64,000 nucleotides of DNA from Hemiscyllium ocellatum (lineage: Eukaryota). Each line of letters begins with the position of its first letter. Within the stretch, counting starts at the first letter, position 1. The notes below the pieces were generated by a model, which made no database searches, was not told the origin of the DNA, and was given only the letters and a program-made list of their open reading frames with translations. Shown here in pieces: positions 25,500-38,015 of this stretch. The DNA lies in NCBI RefSeq assembly GCF_020745735.1, contig NC_083417.1:64232001-64296000 (forward strand), written 5' to 3'. Position numbers and translations under genes: made by a program.

Positions 25500-27919
25500 G
25501 AGGAGAGTGTGCCAGGCAGGCTAAGATAAAAGGTAGGGAGGAGGGACTTGGGGGAGGGACGATGGAGATGTGGTAGGTGGAAGGAGGTCAAGGTGAGGGT
25601 GATAGACCGGGGTGGGATGGGGGTAGAGAGGTCAGGAAGAAGATTGTAGGTTAGGAGGGCGGTGCTGAGTTCGAGGGAATCGACTGAGACAAGGTGGGGG
25701 GAGGGGAAATGAGGAAACTGGAGAAATCTGAGTTCATCCCTTGTGGTTGGAGGGTTCCCAGGCGGAAGATGAGGCTCTATTCCTCCAACCATCGTGTTGT
25801 TATGTTGTGGCGATGGAGGAGTCCAAGAACCTGCATGTCCTCGGTGGAGTGGGAGGGAGAGTTAAAGTGTTGAGCCACGGGGTGGTTGGGTTGATTAGTC
25901 CGGGCGTCCCAGAGGTGTTCCCTGAAGCATTCCGCAAGTAGACGGCCTGTCTCCCCAATATAGAGGAGGCCACATTGGGTGCAGCGGATGGAATAGATGA
26001 TGTGTGTGGAGGTGCAGGTGAATTTGTGGCGGATATGGAAGGATCCCTTCGGGCCTTGGAGAGAAGTAAGGGAGGAGGTGTGGGGACAAGTTTTGCATTT
26101 CCTGCAGTTGCAGGGGAAGGTGCCGGGAGTGGAGGTTGGGTTGGTGGGGGGTGTGGACCTGACAAGGGAGTTCCGAAGGGAGTGGCCTTTGCGGAATGCT
26201 GATAGGGGATGGGAGGTAAATATATCCCTGGTGGTGGGGTCCGGAAATGACGGTGGATGATACGCTGTATAGGGGGGTGGGGTGCGGTTGGTGGGGTGGT
26301 AGGTGAGAACTAGTGTGGTTCTGTCTTGGTGGCGGTTGGAGGGGCGGACATGTGGAGAACATGCGGTGGAGGGCATCGTCGATCACGTCTGGGGGGAGTC
26401 TGCGGTCCTTGAAGAAGGAGGCCATCTGGGCTGTACGGTATTGGAACTGGTCTTCCTGGGAGCAGATGCGGTGGAGACGAAGGAATTGGGAATATGGGAT
26501 GGCGTTTTTACAGGGGGCAGGGTGGGAGGAGGTGTAGTCCAGATAGCTGTGGGAGTCAGTCGGTTTATAGTAGATGTCTGTGTTGAGTCGGTCGCCCGAG
26601 ATAGAAATGGAAAGGTATAGGAAGGGAAGTGAGGAGTCTGAGACAGTCCAGATGAATTTGAGGTCGGGATGGAAGGTGTTGGTAAAGTTGATGAACTGTT
26701 CAACCTCCTCGTTCAAACACGAGGCAGCGCCGATACAGTCATCGATGTAGCGGAGGAAAAGGTGGGGGGTGATGCCAGTGTAGTTGCAGAAGATGGACTG
26801 TTCCACATATCCTACGAAGAGACAGGCATAGCTGGGGCCCATGCGGGTGCCCATGGCAACTCCTTTAGTTTGGAGGAAGTGGGAGGATTGGAAAGAGAAG
26901 TTATTCAGGGTGAGGACCAGTTCAGTCAGTCGAAGGAGGGTGTCAGTGGAACGGTACTGGTTGGTGCGGCGGGAAAGGAAGAAGCGGAGGGCTTTGGGTC
27001 CTTCGTGTTGGGGGAATGGAGGTGTGCAGGGACTGGATGTCCATCGTGAAGATAAGGCGTTGGGGACCGGGGAAGCGAAAATCATGGAGTAGGTGGGGAG
27101 CGTGGGTGGTGTCCCAAACGTAGGTGGGGAGTTCTTGGACTAAAGGGGACAGAACAGTGTCAAGGTACATGGAGATGAGTTCGGTGGGGCAGGAGCAGGC
27201 TGAGACAATGGGTCGGCCGGTGCAGTCAGGTTTGTGGATTTTGGGCAGGAGGTAGATACGGGCGGTGCGGGGTTTTGGGACTATGAGGTTGGAGGCGGGG
27301 GATGGGAGATCCCCTGAGGTGATGAGGTTATGGATGGTCTGGGAGAAGATGGTTTGGTGGTGGGAGGTGGGGTCATGGTCAAGGGGGCAATAGGAGGAGG
27401 CGTCCGCAAGCTGGCGTTTGGCCTCAGCGGTATAAAGATCAGTGCGCCAAACTACTACCATGCCTCCCTTATCTGCCAGTTTGATGGTGAGGTTGGGGTT
27501 GGAGCGGAGGGGGTAGAGGGCTGCAGGTTCTGAGGGTGAGAGGTTGGAGTGGGTGAGAGGGGTGGACAGGTTGAGTCAGTTAATGTCGTGGTGGCAGTTG
27601 GCTATAAATAAATCGAGGGCAGGTAAGAGGCCAGCACGGGGTGTCCAGGTGGATGGGGTGTGTTGGAGGCGGGAGAAGGGGTCGTCAGAGGATGGGCGGG
27701 GATCTTGGTTGTAAAAGTAGGCATGGAGGCAAAGGCGGTGGAAGAATTGTTCAATATCTCGCCGCGTGCTGAACTCATTAATCCGAGGGCGTAGTTAATG
27801 AAGGTGAGGCCTCTGCTGAGGACTGATCTTTCATCCTCAGAGAGGGGGAGGTCTGGAGGGATGGTGAAGATCCGGCAAGGCTGGGAGCTAGGACCTGGTG
27901 TGGGACTGGAGCTGGGAGT

Positions 27920-28125
27920 GGGGGCGGGGTAGGGGCGGGGGCGGGGCCAGAGATCGACGTAGGGGCGGGGTTACACGTGGCGACGAAGCTTGGTGTGCGG
28001 ACGGGGTTCAGCGTGGGGGCGGGGTCACTCGTGGTGACGGAAGTGAGCGTAGGGGCGGGGTTACGCGTTGTGACGATTTAAGGCGTGTGGGCGGGGTTAC
28101 GCGTGTTGACAAAAGACGGCGTGGG
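27920..28125 (-). repeat. GC-rich imperfect tandem repeat in the PLE N-terminal region (RVTPP-coding units)
   Basis: GGGGCGGGGT(T/C)AC.CGT recurs about four times; ORF end reads TRVTPP...QRVTPP...PRVTPP. Confidence 0.75.
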
Positions 28126-29099
28126 GGCGGAGACACCTGAGGTGTTGTGGTCGTGCAGGTTGGTGATGTCAGTGGGGGCGGAAGTGGCTGCGTCGACGGC
28201 AACCGAAGGGTCGGAAATAGTTGTGGCGATGAAAGAACCCTTGTCATTCCCGGTAGCCGCGGGGGTAGCGAGTCCTGGCGATCGTGGAAGCGGTTGTCTG
28301 TACGGCGATCGGCGGGGAGGTTGTTTGGGCGGCGATCGTGGAAGCTGCGAAGTCGGTAGGCGGCGGAAGTGACGTCACGGTCGTCGTCGGCGGTTGGTGC
28401 CGCGGGGGCTGTAGAGGCCGCGTGTGTAATGGCGTCCGACAGATTGCAGAGGCCGATAGAAGATTCTGGAACCGTTGAGGAACCGCGAGTGTGGGGGTAA
28501 GTACATGAAAGTTTTCGGTACTTACTGTCTTTAATTTCTGATATGGCTAGGAAGAACTGTTTGTTTAGTGTATGGATTCTTCTGTGGATGAAGAACAGTA
28601 TAGGTCCTTTGCAGGTCTGTGAGAGTGTTGTCCTGAGCTGGGGTAGGGCTGATTGCAGGGAATGTAGGTAGCAACGCATGGCTGCAAGGGTGGAGCGGAG
28701 GATCTGGAGGGAGGTCTGTTGCTGGAGGCGTCTGATTTGTTGTAGGTACAGGTTGTCCTGATTGGGTCCAAATTTTGTTGGTTGGAATGTAGTCTGGAGT
28801 CTATGCGGGATCAGTCGGTTCCGTAGGCAGGTGCTGAGGACGGAGATGTGGCTGTGGTAACGAGTCTGTTTGAGAACGTGGCTGAAGAGGAGATGACCTG
28901 GGGAGTGCAGTGAGAGAGACTCACTGAAATCCTTGTAGAGGGAGGAAGAGAGCTTCTTCAAGGAAGGCATCCTTGCAAGAGGATTCACAGTAGGACTATG
29001 AGATTATGTCCTCTGGTACTCAACTCTTCACCAAAGTGAAACAGCATCTTACACCTATCCTGTGAAGTCACCAAGAAAACTTTTATGTTTTTCATTTTC

Positions 29100-31445
29100 A
29101 TACGGGATAGCTAATTTGAGGCAGCTTGTGATGGATGCCCTCTGGGAAACAATGGATTTAGCGTTGTGCAATGATACAGACTCGATTAGCGAGCTTAAGG
29201 TTCAGGAACCCGAAGGAAGCAGTGATCATAACTTAATCAAATTTACTCTGGAAATTGAGAGTGAGAAGATAGAATTAGAGGTAACGGTATTAAAGCTGAA
29301 TAAAAGCAACTACAGGCGCATGAGGGCAGATTGGGGTAGAATTGACTGTGAGAGTTGGCTAGCAGAAAAGACAGTGGAACAGCAATGGTAGCAGTTTCTG
29401 GGAGTAATTCAGGGGACACAGCAGAGATTCATCCCAAGGAAGTTGAAGTATGGTACAGGGAGGATCAGGCAACCATGGTTGACCAGGGAAGTCGTGGATG
29501 GCATAAAGCAAAAGAGCGAGTATATAAAATAGGAAAGTACAGTGTGAAACCAAGGATTGGGAAAGTTACAAAGCCAAACAGAGTGCCACAAAAATAAAAT
29601 AAGGAGGGAGAAGATTAAATATGAGGGTAAGCTAGCCAGTAATATCAAGGAAGACTGAAAGCATTTCTTCAGATTTATAAAGGGTGAAAGAGAGGGAAAA
29701 AATGATATTTGGCCACTGGAAAATGGCGCAGGAGAGGCATTAGTGGGAAAAAAAGAACTGTCTAAGGAACGGAATAACTACTTTGCATCAGTCTTCACAG
29801 TGAAAGACATGAGCAATTTCCCAAAAATTCAAACGAGTGAGGGCGCAGAGCTGAGTATGCTGATCATCAGCAAGGAGCAGGAACTAGAAAAACTGAATGG
29901 CCTGAAGGTGGCTATATCACCTGGACCCGTTGGACTAGAGTCCTGAGGGGGTAAGCTGATGAGATAGTACAGACTTTAGTGGCAATCTTTCAGGAATCAC
30001 TAGAATCAGGGAGGTTCCCAGGCGACTGGAAAATCGCTAATGCCACATTCTTGTTTAAAAGGGGAGTAAGCTAGAAGACAGAAAATTACAGAACAATCAG
30101 CCTAACCTTGGTCGTGGGTAAGATCCTGGAATTAATTGTGAAGGATGAGATTTCTGAATATTTGGAAGTGTATGGGGAAAAAAACGGCAGAGTCATCATG
30201 GTTTCATCAGGATTAGGTCATGTCTGACAAATCTATTAGAATTCATTGAGGGTGTAACAAGAAGATTAGACTAAGGAAAGACAATGGATATTATCTACCA
30301 GGACTTTAAGAAGGCCTTTGACAAGATGCCACGCAAGAGGTTACTGAGTAAGATAAGGTCGAATGATGTTACAGGCAAGGTATTAACATGGAATGAAGCT
30401 TGGTTGCCTGACAGAAAGCAGAGCGTGGGGATAAAAGAGTCCTTCTCAGGCTAGCAAGTGATGCTCTGCAAGGCTTAATGTTGTGACCACAAATTTTCAC
30501 TTCATATATTAGCGATCTCAGTGAATGGACTGAGGGTATTCTGGCTATATTTGCAGATGATGCAAAGATAGGTAGAAATACAGGTAATGTTGGGGAGGCG
30601 GGGAAGCTGCAGAAGGATTTAGACAAATTAGGAGAGTGGGCAAAGATGTGGCAGATTGAGTACAAGGTGGGCAAATGTGAGGTCGTGCACTTGGTAGAAG
30701 AATAGAGGCATGGACTATGTCCTAAATGGGAATAACACTCAGAAATTTGAAGTGCAAAGAGACTTGAGGGTTCGCGTCCAGGCTTCTCTCAAGGTAAACT
30801 TGCAGATTGAGCTGGTAGTTGGGAAGGCAAACGTAATGGTGCATTTATTTCGAGAGTACTTGAATACAAAAGCACAGATGGATGTCTGAGGCCCTTTCAG
30901 GCTCCCACCAGGCAATATTGGAGAATTGTGCACATTTTTGAGCACTGGATCTCAGAAAGGATGTTCAGGCCCTGGACCGTGTTCAGAGGAGATCAATGAG
31001 AATAGCGCCAGGATTGAACAGGTTAACATATGAAGAACGTTTGAGGACTCTGGGTCTATACTTATGGCATTTAGAAGGATGAGGTAGGGATCTAATTGAA
31101 ACTTACAGAATACTGGATAGCCTGGACAGCATGGATGTTGGGAAGATGCTTCCATTATTAGGAGAGGCTAGGAACCAAGGGCACAGCCTTAGAGTAAAGG
31201 GAAAACGTTTTAAAACAGAGGTAGGGAGAAACTTTTGAGCCAAAATGTGGAATTCACTGCCACAGACGGCCATGGAGGCCAAGTCATTGAGTATATTTAA
31301 GACTGAGATCGGTAGGTTGTTGAATGTAAAGGGGATCAAGGGCTACAGGGTGAAAGCAGGAAAATGGGGTTAAGATATCTATCAGCCATAATTTAATGGA
31401 AGAGTAGACTCCGTGGGCTGAGTGACCTAATTTCTTCTCCTCGGT
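29100..31445 (+). mobile_element. Decayed CR1 LINE (end of endonuclease through RT and 3' UTR), second CR1 family
   Basis: SSDHNLIKFTL (ORF 29062..29391), gactttaagaaggcctttgacaag (DFKKAFDK), tttgcagatgatgcaaag (FADD), distinct 3' UTR atcagccat...gggctgagtgacct. Confidence 0.85.
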
Positions 31446-31834
31446 CTTGTGGTCTTTTAAGGTGTTATTTGTTCCTTCAATTTCCGATGAGTACAGGCCA
31501 AGTTACACAATCTCTCCTTATTAAGAAGTCCCTCCAAACCTGGGATCATCGTACTGAACCTTCTCTGTACTCCCTCATATACTATATATCTTTCCTGAGA
31601 TCATGAGACCAAAACTGTTCACAGTATTCCAACTGTGATCTACCTCGTGCTTTCTGTACTCTTTGTATTTTATTCCCTTGAAAGTTGGTTTGTTTTGCCC
31701 TTGTGTTCAATCAGCTTTAACTGTAACTCATTCCTAATGTGACTCCATTAATTGTCCTGGAATATTTGCTCTTTCTTGTTTTCTACCAAGCCCAATTACT
31801 GGGTTAATGGTTCAATTATCGCTGCCTCCTTAGC

Positions 31835-32200
31835 TGTGAGTAGGCAATTTATATGTCAATGCTCTCCACCCCATTTTTGCTAACTTGCAAATTTGTCGAG
31901 GGTATCTCTCTCAACTGTAATGGCATTTTCCATATTTCTAATGCCATCTTTATTTTCACATCAGGAGGCAAGTATCGATCCTTTATGAGTTGTACTAAGT
32001 CCGGATCCAGCCCCAAGATTTTTGTCACAATTCAAACAAAAAAAAGTGAACCAATATTTGCCTCACCACACTCAGAGGATAGTTTTCAGATATAACTCAA
32101 AGGCTTCTTAGTATTGTTTAACTTCGACTTCTCAGTAAAGTCTTGTTTCTTATTTATTGCAATCAAATTTTAATGTTAGATTTTGGTCCCAGAAACTGAA
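31835..32200 (-). mobile_element. Gypsy-type LTR retrotransposon remnant: LTR 3' end, PBS, start of gag
   Basis: ...TGTGACA, then TTGGGGCTGGATCCGGA resembling a tRNA-Pro PBS (TGGGGGCTCGTCCGGGAT), then ATG at 31947: MALEIWK...TNLQ-VSK. Confidence 0.55.
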
Positions 32201-33790
32201 AGGAAAACACACGTTGCTTCTAATATAGACTAACCAAGAGGCTAAATGAATTGTGTGAATGTCACCCCTGACCAGACCAAAAGAAATTCGTGCACTTCGT
32301 TCAAATGCTGAAACAATATTATTGATGAGAAAGGGGATAAACACTGATAGATCGGTCAGAAAATAGGTCCTGCTTCAAGAAGATGGAATAGGTATATTGC
32401 AGGATTTCATTAGTAGGGAAACTAATGTTTTATTATTGATTTAATTTGCTTATAATAACATTATCAAATTGATTAATGCGAAGTTATAATAATCTGTTTA
32501 AGATTAGCCAATGCAGATCTTTACACTCAAGAATCACGTGACACTACTTGACGCCGTTTGACAAATAAATTAACGTTGGGATCACAAATAGCACTAAGAA
32601 AATAACCTAATGCTTAGAATTTCAACTATAAAACTGAGAAAGATCCAAGGTTGAATAAGGCAAAGATGCTATACTGCCAGCTTATTCCACTTTGTCAAGA
32701 ATTCATAAAAACAGTTAAATTCTTCACTTTTTTTCTTAGAAGGTTGGTAATGCATTAATTATAATATTTGCGAAACAATTAACTTTTTACTTATGCATTT
32801 TACGCTTCCAATTGACAATATATCCCTATAACATGTTGTGGAATTTAATTTACGATGTGTAGACATGAGCTCAAGGATATCAATCTTAGGTCCTGACCAG
32901 ATATACCTCCCTTTGTTTCTTTAACAAAAAGGTAAATAATATTTCACACTACTCTCTTAACTTAGTAAAAAGTCATAAAGTGGCCATAACAAACTTTACT
33001 TATGAGGATGAACAGTTGGGTAATTGACAACTTAAAAAATCAGAAAAGTGATAATGGAAGGTGACCTCAGCTGAAGTTCATCATACTTAAGTCCAACGAG
33101 GAATTGATTGTGTATCCAAAGAGATGAGAAACATGGAAGTTAGAATCAACAGTGGGTTATGTGATCACAAGAGGCTATTCCAACATTCAACTTGATCATG
33201 GCTGGTCTTCAATCCTTTGACTTTCCCCTCCCCTCTATCCATTGTTTCCTTTAGACACTGGAGCTATGTCTATCTCATTCTTGAAAATGTATGATATAAA
33301 GACCTCGACCATTTCCTGTGCAACTGAATTCCACAGACTCACCACTCTCTGTGTGAATAAATTCTCCACATCTCAGTTACTTCTCCTCATCTTATCTTTG
33401 TTCTTTATCTTTGCTTAAACCAATTAGCAATAAGTCTTTCCATGTAATGATGGAATTAAATATGCTCTGTGTTGTAGTTTGGAAACAGTTAGTAAACTAC
33501 AGCTTTTGAGAACAAGGCACGAATGACAGAGTTTGAAATTAACCTTCTTCCAGACAGACATGAAAGGCATTTTAGAGAGACTGAGGTATTTGAGAGAAAC
33601 TGAGAAACAAATGTCAACCAGAGCCATATGCAGAACCAGACATCAAGAACCCTCTATATTCATAAATTCACTGATCTGTTTTTTAATAGGTAGTATTAAA
33701 AGCGAAGTAAAGTTAGCTAAGTTACTGCAATAGATTGTTTCTTGTTTTCTTAGTAGTTAAAACCTCAAATGAGCAATTTAATATTGGGAT
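32160..33790. repeat. Local paralogous block A (copies at ~38480-39660 and ~61200-61930)
   Basis: Collinear matches by eye, e.g. aaagtcataaagtg (32969/38815), ccagacagacatgaa (33550/39429), gtcctgcttcaagaagatggaataggtatatt vs gtcctacttcaagaacatggaacaggtatatt (32367/61400). Confidence 0.75.
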
Positions 33791-35964
33791 TTGAGTGTAA
33801 GAAACCTAAATATGTAATACACAGGCCAGTGGAATGCTACTTTCAAATATTGAAATCGCACAAGTTCATGCAATCTGCTTTGGAAAAGGGTGTGCTGAGA
33901 TTCTTTGAAATATAAGCTTCTTGTATGAGAGATTAAATGTTACTAATCGCAATCCCCAAACATTTATCGGCAGTTCAAAATCCTTAATGTAACTGAATTT
34001 TGATTTTATTTATTATTCCTGTCGTGTCACTTAAAGATGATGCACATTCCAAAGAAAAATCAATGTGATAGCTAGTGCATTGTCCAGAATTGATCCTTTT
34101 CCAAATTAACTAGGTATCAAAATGAGCAAAATGTAACTCAAATGGCCATAAAGAACAATTTTTTTATTGATTTTATTCCCTTGCTTCAATGCCTTGTAAT
34201 TGCAACAATGCTACAAACGCAACCAGCAGAGAGGCTTGCTCAGAATTCTCTAGCCTCGAGAACGTTTGCAGTGATAAGTCACAAAACACAGATTGTAACT
34301 GGGATATGAGTGTTATATTTTTGCACTAACGGAGATAGTATTTTAGTCCTCACTGAGATACATCCAGCCAATTGTTCCAACATGCTTTCTTTCTAACTTA
34401 TCTGAATAATGTGATTGAGTTGGTAATCCATCACATGTCACTTTTACCACTTGTGAAGGGTTCTGGAAGAAAACTTCCTTGGAATCGAGGTCATTATCGA
34501 AATGAAGAGAAATCAGTAAGCTGCAATGTTGCAAAAAAGGCTCTTAGTTCCAACAGTCTGTGCGTGTCCAGAAGAATTTCTGAATCAGAACAACAAATGG
34601 GACAACTCGTGATTTCGTGATACTTTTAATTAAACTGTCACTTGGACAATGTGTGTTAAAGTGAATGCAGAATTTCCATTGTTCTACTCTCCTCAGATGT
34701 ATGTGTTGCTTCTGCAATAGATTTATTAAAGATATATGCATACATGCAGTATGTTATTTTCCTTTAACTTTGTTTCTTTATTTAAGTAATTCGCCTTGCT
34801 TGTAAAAATATCGAATTATTTTTGAGTAAAGGAACTTTCCTGACTTGTTCTCAATATAGAACATTAAACTGTCTGCAATTTATATAGTTGACCAAATCCA
34901 AACATAGCTAAATTTAAAGTATGTTATGAACAGTACAAGAATGGAACTAGGAAAAAAAATGGTTCTCTTCTCCATCATCAGTCAAAACAATTGAAACAAA
35001 AAAAAGTCTCAAAACAATGGAAATCGATGCCACATAAGATGAGGCGTTCACACATTCTCAACTATATCAAGAACGCATTTTGAAAATTTACAAAGTCAAA
35101 CATGAAATCGAATATCTGATGTGAACTATCAGTCTATTGGAGTAATGCCGAAACATGTATGAAATAAAACTGCTACAATTCACCACAAGACACTTTTTCC
35201 ATATTCTGCAATAAACAAAACTAAATTTAAAATTATATATATTTGTGCTTTGAGCTCAATGGCAGAACTACATCCTTTGATTAGCTTGATTAGTAATTCA
35301 CCATTGTCGATATTAGTTAAGTGGGTGCTTTAGTCATTATGTTAAAAATTATGCAGGGGTCACCCATACATTGACTTTCATGTGCGTTGTTGTTAAATGT
35401 ACACCACCACTTTGATTAATGCATAATTAAAATGATTTATATCTCGTTGTTTCAATTTTGAAGTAATAAAATACTACTGGAAAATCTATTGTGGCACAAT
35501 AAGGCACAGTATTAACGACTGAGCTGATTCCATTCAAAGTTCTACGGTCTCAAAGAAACAGGATTGCGTTTTACCTTCTTTGGTAGTAACTTTAATCTAA
35601 CAAGTAAAAAAAGACACATGACATAGGTCAGTTCCATTGATTATTTACTTAAAGAGCAAAGGAACAACATTGTGCCATGGTCGTGGCAATCAGAAGAAGG
35701 AAATAATTACAAACTGAAAATATAAAACTACACTATTTGAGCTGAGACTATGTTCTTTAAAAAGTCCGAACACAGAAATCATATACGATTTTTATGATTC
35801 CACATAGATAGATGTGAGCTAGATGCTGTGTAACATGAACAAAACCGATACTGGAATCTACTTTTCACACAAAGAAAAAAATTAACAAGAAATGCTGATT
35901 TAATAGGACGGACTCTGTAGATTATTTTGTTTTTACCTATGGTCAACACAGGTCAAACTGGATG

Positions 35965-36180
35965 AGGAAGTGAAGACTGCAGATGCTGGAGATGAGAGTT
36001 GAAAAGCGTGGTGCGTTGCAAATGCACAGCCGGTCAGGTATCTATTCAAGAGGCAGTAGAGTCGACGTTTCGAGCATAAGCTCGATGATGAAGAATTTCT
36101 GCTCGAAAGGCGACTCTTCTGTTCCTCTGATGTTGCCTGATCAGATGTGCTTTTCCAGCACCATGCATTTTAGCACTGTA
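35965..36180. mobile_element. Third, degenerate PLE fold-back element
   Basis: gactgcagatgctggag...gtcgacgtttcgagcataag, then gatgatgaag...ctcgaaaggcgactc...cttttccagcacc; same layout as 7100-7313. Confidence 0.7.
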
Positions 36181-37709
36181 GCTTTACAAAATGTATTGAC
36201 TGAATACAAATATAAATTATAACAGTAGACTTTTTGGGAAAGTTCATTTCATAAAGCAGGTAGAAGAAAATTAAAATACAGTACTTTTTTGTTAGCTGTT
36301 GCCAGTATTCAGTGTAAGGATATCACTCTAATGCATTACATTTCACGTGCAAGTTTTCATTCGGAATACGCAAACCTGAGTTGACTGAACAGAAACATGA
36401 AATCAAAATCTCTTCTGGAGAAATGGTTGTATTCCTACCACTGGGCTAGGAGGCTTGGAGTTAAGTCCCAACCACTCCAGTATGTGCGCCAAATCATATC
36501 TGAACAGACTGTTTAGAAAATATCGGCACCAAAAGAATCGAATTAGTATCGAAATGTTTGTTACTAATTTTTATCATTTAAGTGAAAACCATGTATGTTC
36601 CTCTTGGTTTGAATCTGAATTGGCCATATTCTGTAAGTTTGTTCGTAAATTTTGTACTTCTTCATTTGCCCTGTGCATATCATCTCGTCAAAAGCTATGA
36701 CTAATTCAGTCTGCAAATACAATGTTTCAAAATATCACTAATCTGTCATTTTTCCAATTTTTTAACTGATGTTTCAAGGCAGTTACCAGAAGGGATATAA
36801 AACACTGATGTTCTAAAGTGTCAAAGTCCACAAAAACACCTTTCTTTTATTATTGCATGAATGCTACTCTACGACAGTGATCTGTGCCAGCAAGGCTTAC
36901 CTTGTCCCATATACTTTCCCTCTCAACATTGGTGTCGACATGATTTCTTACCTCTACTTAAATCTAATACAGTACAATGCATGAGATCAGTTACTTCTCC
37001 CTGCATGAGTCATAAACCAAATATTTAGCTATGTAGCTGTAGGTTTTCTCCATTTTGCATACTTGGTAAAGAACAGTGGACGAGGGTGAGGAGCACAGGC
37101 AATAATCCATGTACATTTACACAAACGCTCTCACTGGAGCTCTGTGATTCCTCCAGTTAATATATAATTCTGCCAATGTTTACTCCACAAGACGTCATCA
37201 CTGACATGAGCAGCAAATTTACAATAGTACGAATGACGTTCTCCCCTCAAATCTGCAAACGGTTATTACTTGGGCACATTTCAAAGAACTTGGCAATTTT
37301 TCTTGATTGGTTAAAACATTCACTTGTGCCATCAGTTATCAGGTACACTTCCTACCATAGTTTTAAAGTCACTGACAGCTGATTACTACTTCAGAAAATA
37401 CACGTGTGCTGTTCCGGAACGTCTATGTTATATTGTTTCTATGATAGCAAAATGATTTGACATTTCAATATCTACCTAAATGAATGCCTGAACAGAACAG
37501 CTCTTCTTTACATTTTGGTTTATTTGTACATTCCTCTTTGCCTACAACAAATAAAATATAATGATATTTAAAATGCTTACTTAGTTCCTATATTCACGAT
37601 TACAAATAAATATCAAAAATGAAAGCAATGCCGAAAATGTTTTACAAGTTTGGATTGTACCAAGGTATTTAAAATTTCGCACTTCATAGCAACTGGAGAT
37701 CATGTTTTA

Positions 37710-38015
37710 GATTCATAGAGATGTACATCACGGAAACAGCCCTTTCGGCCCAACTTGCCCATGCCAACCCCAGGTATCCTAAATTAATCTAGACCTATTT
37801 GGTAGCTCTTCGCCCATTTCCTTCTAAACCCTTCCTATTCATGTACCCATGCAGATGCCTTTTAAATGTTGTAATTTTACCAGCTGCCACGACTACCTCT
37901 AGCAGCTCATTCTATACATACACCACCATTTGTGCGAAAATGTTGCCCCTGAGGTCCCTTTTAAATCCTTCTCCTCTCACCCTAAACTCATGTCCACTAA
38001 TACTTGACTTCCCCA
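37710..38015 (-). mobile_element. CR1 3'-end fragment
   Basis: catagagatgtac..cacggaaacagccctttcggcc is the reverse complement of the CR1 tail seen at 15370-15410. Confidence 0.8.

Larger units (their letters stand above)
25405..28994 (-). mobile_element. Near full-length (3.6 kb) PLE family 1 copy with 16-bp TSD; ORF broken by frameshifts and internal deletion
   Basis: TSD ACTATGAGATTATGTC at 25389-25404 and 28995-29010; N-terminal ORF 28008..28988; RT in 26943..27461 and 25895..27085 (GVAMGTRMGP, RYIDD); GIY-YIG in 25777..26376. Confidence 0.93.

Noticed and set aside
31835-32195. Death-domain-like reading (ANIGS...KILGLDPDLVQLIK...MALEIWK), suggesting an Ig receptor with a death domain
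   Set aside because: The same bases are better explained as LTR end (TGTGACA), tRNA-Pro PBS and Gypsy gag start; the paralog at 60690-61240 continues into a gag-like ARK..II...QHL motif
34343-34620. Possible last exon of a small secreted-protein gene, with AATAAA pair near 34165-34180 on the minus strand
   Set aside because: No recognisable family motif and no upstream exons identified
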